A stretch of 64,000 bases of DNA from an uncultured Saprospiraceae bacterium (GTDB lineage Bacteria; Bacteroidota; Bacteroidia; Chitinophagales; Saprospiraceae): positions 4,918 through 68,917 of the forward strand of contig CAYFGK010000006.1 of NCBI GenBank assembly GCA_964342305.1. Reading direction: 5' to 3'. Made by a program: the position numbers and the translations under genes. Below are positions 60,369-64,000 of this stretch, piece by piece; the first letter of the stretch is position 1, and each line of letters opens with the position of its first letter. The notes beneath the pieces were generated by a model. It worked only from the letters and a program-made list of their open reading frames with translations, was not told the origin of the DNA and ran no database searches.

Positions 60369-61313
60369 ATGTACGAGTACCGCACCGAGCCATTTGGACA
60401 ATTCGAAAAGCACGTCTTGTCCGACGACACCGGAAAACATGAAATCGCATTTGTACCCGAATACGGAGCCTGCATATTAAGCCTGCAGTTGCACGGAGTG
60501 CAGGTACTCGACGGTTATACGACGCCCATCGAACTCGACTTGAACCGATGGGGAAAAAGCGGACTGTTGTTCCCCTTTCCCAACCGCCTGGCCAATGGCC
60601 TCTACGAATGGGGCGGAATAGCTTACCGCTTTCCCATCAATGACCCCACCACGGGTACTGCCTTGCATGGTTTCGGGATGGATAAATCGTTCAAAGTGGT
60701 AACCGCCCAAACGGAAGGAGAAACTGCGCGCATTGCCTGCCGGTACGAATACGATGGAAAGTTCGACTCCTACCCCTTCCCCTTCGCCATTCAGGTTGAT
60801 TACGAATTATCAGACCGGGGTGACTTTCGCGTGAGCTACACCTGCTGGAATACCGGTGAGGCCCCGCTACCCTGGGGCTTTGGTTGGCATCCCTATTTTT
60901 GCGTAAGCGAAAAAGTGGAGGACACCCGTTTGCAAACTCCTCCACTCGACATGGTGGGGGTGGATGAACAGATGATCCCAACCGGGAAAAAATATGCCTT
61001 CACCGATTTTATCCAACCCAAACTGATTGGGGCCACTGTACTGGATAACTGCTTTGTGCCCAGTCAAAAGGACTCGGATACGCTCGAGATCCTGCTCGAA
61101 GGAGAACACGGAAAGCTGGCCTACTGGCAGGAAACCGGCGAGGCTAAGCTCAATTATACCCAGTTATTCACACCCCCCGACCGCAAGAGTATCGCCATTG
61201 AGCCCATGAGCTGTAATGTGGATGCCTTCAACAACCAGGATGGACTCATCAATCTTCAACCCGGGGAACAGGCATCCGGAAGCTTCGGAGTACGGTTCCA
61301 GGCCAGGGATTAG
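60369..61313 (+). CDS. aldose 1-epimerase family protein
   Basis: 314 aa; LFPFPNRL..G.Y....Y.FPIN.....ALHGF and IEPMSC blocks of the galactose-mutarotase-like fold. Confidence 0.8.
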   Translation: MYEYRTEPFGQFEKHVLSDDTGKHEIAFVPEYGACILSLQLHGVQVLDGYTTPIELDLNRWGKSGLLFPFPNRLANGLYEWGGIAYRFPINDPTTGTALHGFGMDKSFKVVTAQTEGETARIACRYEYDGKFDSYPFPFAIQVDYELSDRGDFRVSYTCWNTGEAPLPWGFGWHPYFCVSEKVEDTRLQTPPLDMVGVDEQMIPTGKKYAFTDFIQPKLIGATVLDNCFVPSQKDSDTLEILLEGEHGKLAYWQETGEAKLNYTQLFTPPDRKSIAIEPMSCNVDAFNNQDGLINLQPGEQASGSFGVRFQARD

Positions 61314-61325
61314 CAGTGTGGTATT

Positions 61326-61472
61326 GGTCCGAGGTTCAAGGTCCACGGTCCGTGCAGATTGACCGGGAATAGCCCCCCTGTTTTAACTCTTTACCTCATT
61401 GGTAATCAATAATAATTCTGAGTTCCCGGTCAGCCTCGTTGGCCCGTGGACCGTGGACCTTGAACCTTGGCC
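61326..61472. repeat. GGTYCRN heptamer-array nested inverted repeat between convergent genes
   Basis: perfect 20-bp stem 61332-61351 / 61448-61467 and inner perfect 10-bp stem 61360-61369 / 61423-61432 around a 53-nt AT-rich loop. Confidence 0.7.
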
Positions 61473-61480
61473 CGCGGCCC

Positions 61481-62731
61481 TTACTTCCGTACGATCCGAT
61501 CGATCTGGGAGGCTAGTGCATTGTGGTCTACATTGGAGTTTTTCCGCAACACATTCGACATTAAGGCGACCATGTAGGTGGTGCTATCCGGATGCTCGAC
61601 GATGGCCACGGAGTTCATGTAATTGTCTACGTTGCCTTGGTATTTGGCACAGGTGTAGCCTTCTTCGGGTTTGCATTTGTAGAGGCTACCCGATTTAAAA
61701 TAGACGCCCGCATCTTTCAGGGCCGGACTGGCGGCGTAGCGAATGCGCCGATCCGTCATATACATCAGGCGCTTGACTTCCAGGCTGGTCCAGGGATCGA
61801 TCAACTGGCCGCGCTCCATGGCCACCAGGAATTTCATCATACCTTCCGGGCTGGCCGCACTACCGCCCATGCCGGGGATCATCGCCTTGGCTTCCCGGGT
61901 AAAAAAGCTGCCCAGGCGCCATTCGTCATCCTCAATGCCCATGTTGCGCAGGGGTTCGTTCACCACCGACATGGCAATCTCCGACAACCGGGCTTTGGGG
62001 GTATTGGCAAAGAAGGAATCCACCTGCGCCTGCGTCATATCGGGATATTTCCTTCCAAACCAGCGCAACAGGACAGCTTCCCGCCAGACCACGCTGGCCG
62101 CGCCGTTCGAACTCACCGAAAGCATATGATCCAGCCACTCGTACAGCGAGAAAACGTCACCGGCCTGCAGGATTCGCTTTTGAAAAGCGCCGGTTTCCGG
62201 ATTGTAAAAAGGAACCGTATGCTCATTGGGAAGGGCCCAGCGACCGGCCGTTACCTGGTGGGTCCGCAGCAAATTGACCCGATCCGACACCGAATCCGGA
62301 AAAATGGTCTCCAATTCACACATGAAGCCGGTGATCACCGCGAGTTTGCCCACGCTGCCCGGCTGGAATGTCCGGGTTTCTTTGCGTTGGGCGTAGCGAA
62401 CGGGCCTGCCGGGCGTAATGTCCAGCAGTGCAACCGCGTAGCTTTCATCCAGATTGGGGAACAAGCCGTTCAGTGCTTTCTGCAGATCGGGATCTGCCGG
62501 TGGCAGGCTCCGGATGCTGTCGAACCGCTCACCGGTCAGATTCAGGGTAATACTATCGATCGACCACAGTGCCCCCGGGCCGGGAGGGGTTCCGGCAATC
62601 TCTCCGTTAACCACTTTTTGGACCTGGAGCAACCGGCGAATGCCGGTCCGCTCGTATCCATCAATCGGGTAAGGTCGCAGTGAAACAGCACCACTAATAA
62701 AAAATAAAAGAAGAAGCAGGCGACGGCTCAT
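61481..62731 (-). CDS. serine hydrolase, class A beta-lactamase-like fold
   Basis: 416 aa; signal peptide; SVGK (SxxK), SSN and KSG motifs in the canonical order. Confidence 0.7.
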   Translation of the reverse strand: MSRRLLLLLFFISGAVSLRPYPIDGYERTGIRRLLQVQKVVNGEIAGTPPGPGALWSIDSITLNLTGERFDSIRSLPPADPDLQKALNGLFPNLDESYAVALLDITPGRPVRYAQRKETRTFQPGSVGKLAVITGFMCELETIFPDSVSDRVNLLRTHQVTAGRWALPNEHTVPFYNPETGAFQKRILQAGDVFSLYEWLDHMLSVSSNGAASVVWREAVLLRWFGRKYPDMTQAQVDSFFANTPKARLSEIAMSVVNEPLRNMGIEDDEWRLGSFFTREAKAMIPGMGGSAASPEGMMKFLVAMERGQLIDPWTSLEVKRLMYMTDRRIRYAASPALKDAGVYFKSGSLYKCKPEEGYTCAKYQGNVDNYMNSVAIVEHPDSTTYMVALMSNVLRKNSNVDHNALASQIDRIVRK

Positions 62732-62745
62732 GTGGTCGGTATTTG

Positions 62746-64000
62746 TTATCCCGGATTCCGGACAAGGCGGGTATCCAGGGGAATATTTTCTGTAGGTAAT
62801 GCGGGCGTGATCGACTCCAGGTACGCGGAGCTAACCGCTTTTTTATTCTCAACGAAGGGACGAACCTGAAACAACCACAATTTATCATCCTGAAAGCCCA
62901 GCTCAATATCGAAGGGTCCGTCCGTTTCAATACCTGGTGCGCTGGGCAGTGTCTGCCGGATTTCCTGCGCGATCACCCGCAGGTCGTACACATTCTGGTC
63001 GTTGAGAACCGGCTGGTCAAAGCTGGCCGTCTGGCGCTGCGTACCCCCGGTAATCGGCAGTCGATTGTACAGACGCTCGCGGGCAGGTGACAACAACACC
63101 AGGGTTTGATCGGCGGTACTCAAATAGGTTTCAGCTGCTTGCCCGTCGACAGCCCCGCCGGCACCACGGCTGAAGGCGATGGTCATATCGCTGTCCTCAC
63201 CAGTCGTGATCCCCTTGGTGATCATTACCCCGGAATAGTCCACGTCAACACTGGGAATAACCAGAATGGAGGGGAATACATTTTCCGGGTTCAACAGGTA
63301 TTTTTGGCGCCATTTATAGCTGCGCTCGGTATAAGGCGAAGACCACACATCCCGGATGCCCTGGAAGATCTTTTCGGGGTCGACCACATTAAAGACCGTG
63401 AGGTTCAGGCCGGCACCCGTGAATTCTTTCAGGTCTTCCATATTGGTATCACTACGCAAAAACACCGGTACTTCACCCAGTGGTTTTTCGAAAGCGTCCA
63501 GCCATTTTTGACGGAAGTCTTCCCGGAAGGCAGGTAATAATTGAATATCTTTGATGGCGCTTCTCAAAGTCCCTAACTGTGCAAGCATAAAGGATTCAAT
63601 GGAGGCCTCCTCTTGCCCCTGTTCCCGCATTTGATCAGCTTCCGCAAAAACACTTTGCAGGAATTCCCAATAGGAACCATCCTGCCCGGGCATGGGTTGA
63701 TCGAGGTGCATCCGGAAAATGCCGAACGGAATGACAATCCCTTCGACCACGTGTTCGGGAAACATAGCCTTGAGCTGACCTAAATTCGCAGCCTTTGGAC
63801 CGCAAACCCGTCCGGAAGCTTCTGCTTGCACGGAACGCATATTGAGCACTTCGCGCTGGTCGAGCTGTATCTTATCGACGGGAACCCGTATCCGGCTCTC
63901 ATCGCGGGTTTGGGTAGTAAACAGGGCTTGTTCTTCGGCGGTCATGGCACTGGCCCGCTTCAGAAGCACGGTGCCCCGGTTCGATACGGCGTAAAACACC
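62746..64000 (-). CDS. PEP/pyruvate-binding (PEP-utilising, PpsA-like) domain protein, 5' end outside window
   Basis: ORF open to the window edge; GPKAANLGQL and RSDTNMEDL..FTGAGL blocks of the pyruvate phosphate dikinase PEP/pyruvate-binding domain. Confidence 0.7.
   Translation of the reverse strand, partial: VFYAVSNRGTVLLKRASAMTAEEQALFTTQTRDESRIRVPVDKIQLDQREVLNMRSVQAEASGRVCGPKAANLGQLKAMFPEHVVEGIVIPFGIFRMHLDQPMPGQDGSYWEFLQSVFAEADQMREQGQEEASIESFMLAQLGTLRSAIKDIQLLPAFREDFRQKWLDAFEKPLGEVPVFLRSDTNMEDLKEFTGAGLNLTVFNVVDPEKIFQGIRDVWSSPYTERSYKWRQKYLLNPENVFPSILVIPSVDVDYSGVMITKGITTGEDSDMTIAFSRGAGGAVDGQAAETYLSTADQTLVLLSPARERLYNRLPITGGTQRQTASFDQPVLNDQNVYDLRVIAQEIRQTLPSAPGIETDGPFDIELGFQDDKLWLFQVRPFVENKKAVSSAYLESITPALPTENIPLDTRLVRNPG

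Noticed and set aside
60158-60442. 94-aa ORF upstream of and overlapping the mutarotase start
   Set aside because: It is basic and low-complexity, overlaps the better-supported mutarotase gene out of frame, and spans the repeat and motif region.
46551-62683. Other long antisense ORFs (46551-47453, 47762-48523, 48524-49150, 49888-50517, 54350-54862, 61592-62683)
   Set aside because: Each lies opposite a gene with clear family motifs (membrane protein/S9 peptidase, ICL remnant, glycerate kinase, serine hydrolase). None has motifs of its own.

Overview
This is a Bacteroidota-type chromosomal segment, judged from T9SS/gliding genes, TAnnTTTG -7 promoter boxes and the ribosomal operon layout. It is mostly housekeeping.

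Layout:
- Left (0-22.6 kb): murF, the T9SS/gliding cluster gldJ, porP/sprF-like, porU and porV, an RNase P RNA hidden under spurious ORFs, a 1147-aa sensor kinase, a crtD-like/cruF-like/crtZ carotenoid trio, an EamA transporter, sucD, an ftsB-like gene, eno and carA.
- Centre (22.7-42.4 kb, minus strand): one uninterrupted rpsL-rpsG-fusA-S10-spc-alpha ribosomal superoperon ending in rpoA-rplQ. It includes rpmD (59 aa) and rpmJ (38 aa), which fall below the ORF-track cutoff.
- Right (43-64 kb): fdhD, a small Cys-rich protein, a methyltransferase, a four-gene operon (S9 peptidase, membrane protein, phosphoesterase, DUF4112), a decayed isocitrate lyase, hypotheticals, a MarR regulator, glycerate kinase, trehalase, a large T9SS cargo protein, a mutarotase, a serine hydrolase and a partial PEP-utilising enzyme.

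By eye I found no transposase, integrase, CRISPR array, tRNA/rRNA gene or recognisable defence gene.

The most unusual content is non-coding. At least eight intergenic elements fall into four sequence families. Each is built from tandem 7-8 nt oligomers (GAGGTKT, GGTATNN, GGTYCRN, CYWTCYCC), and most fold into long hairpins around unique cores. All of them abut gene 3' ends, two contain the upstream gene's stop codon, and one is translated as a 27-aa tail on FdhD. The standout is 42.70-43.17 kb, between fdhD and the rpsL promoter: a 165-bp tandem unit with two 100% identical 111-nt structured cores. A separate module upstream of murF, the sensor kinase and possibly the mutarotase shares a 27-nt identical block. 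All functional readings of these elements are inference and need genome-wide copy counts and transcript mapping.
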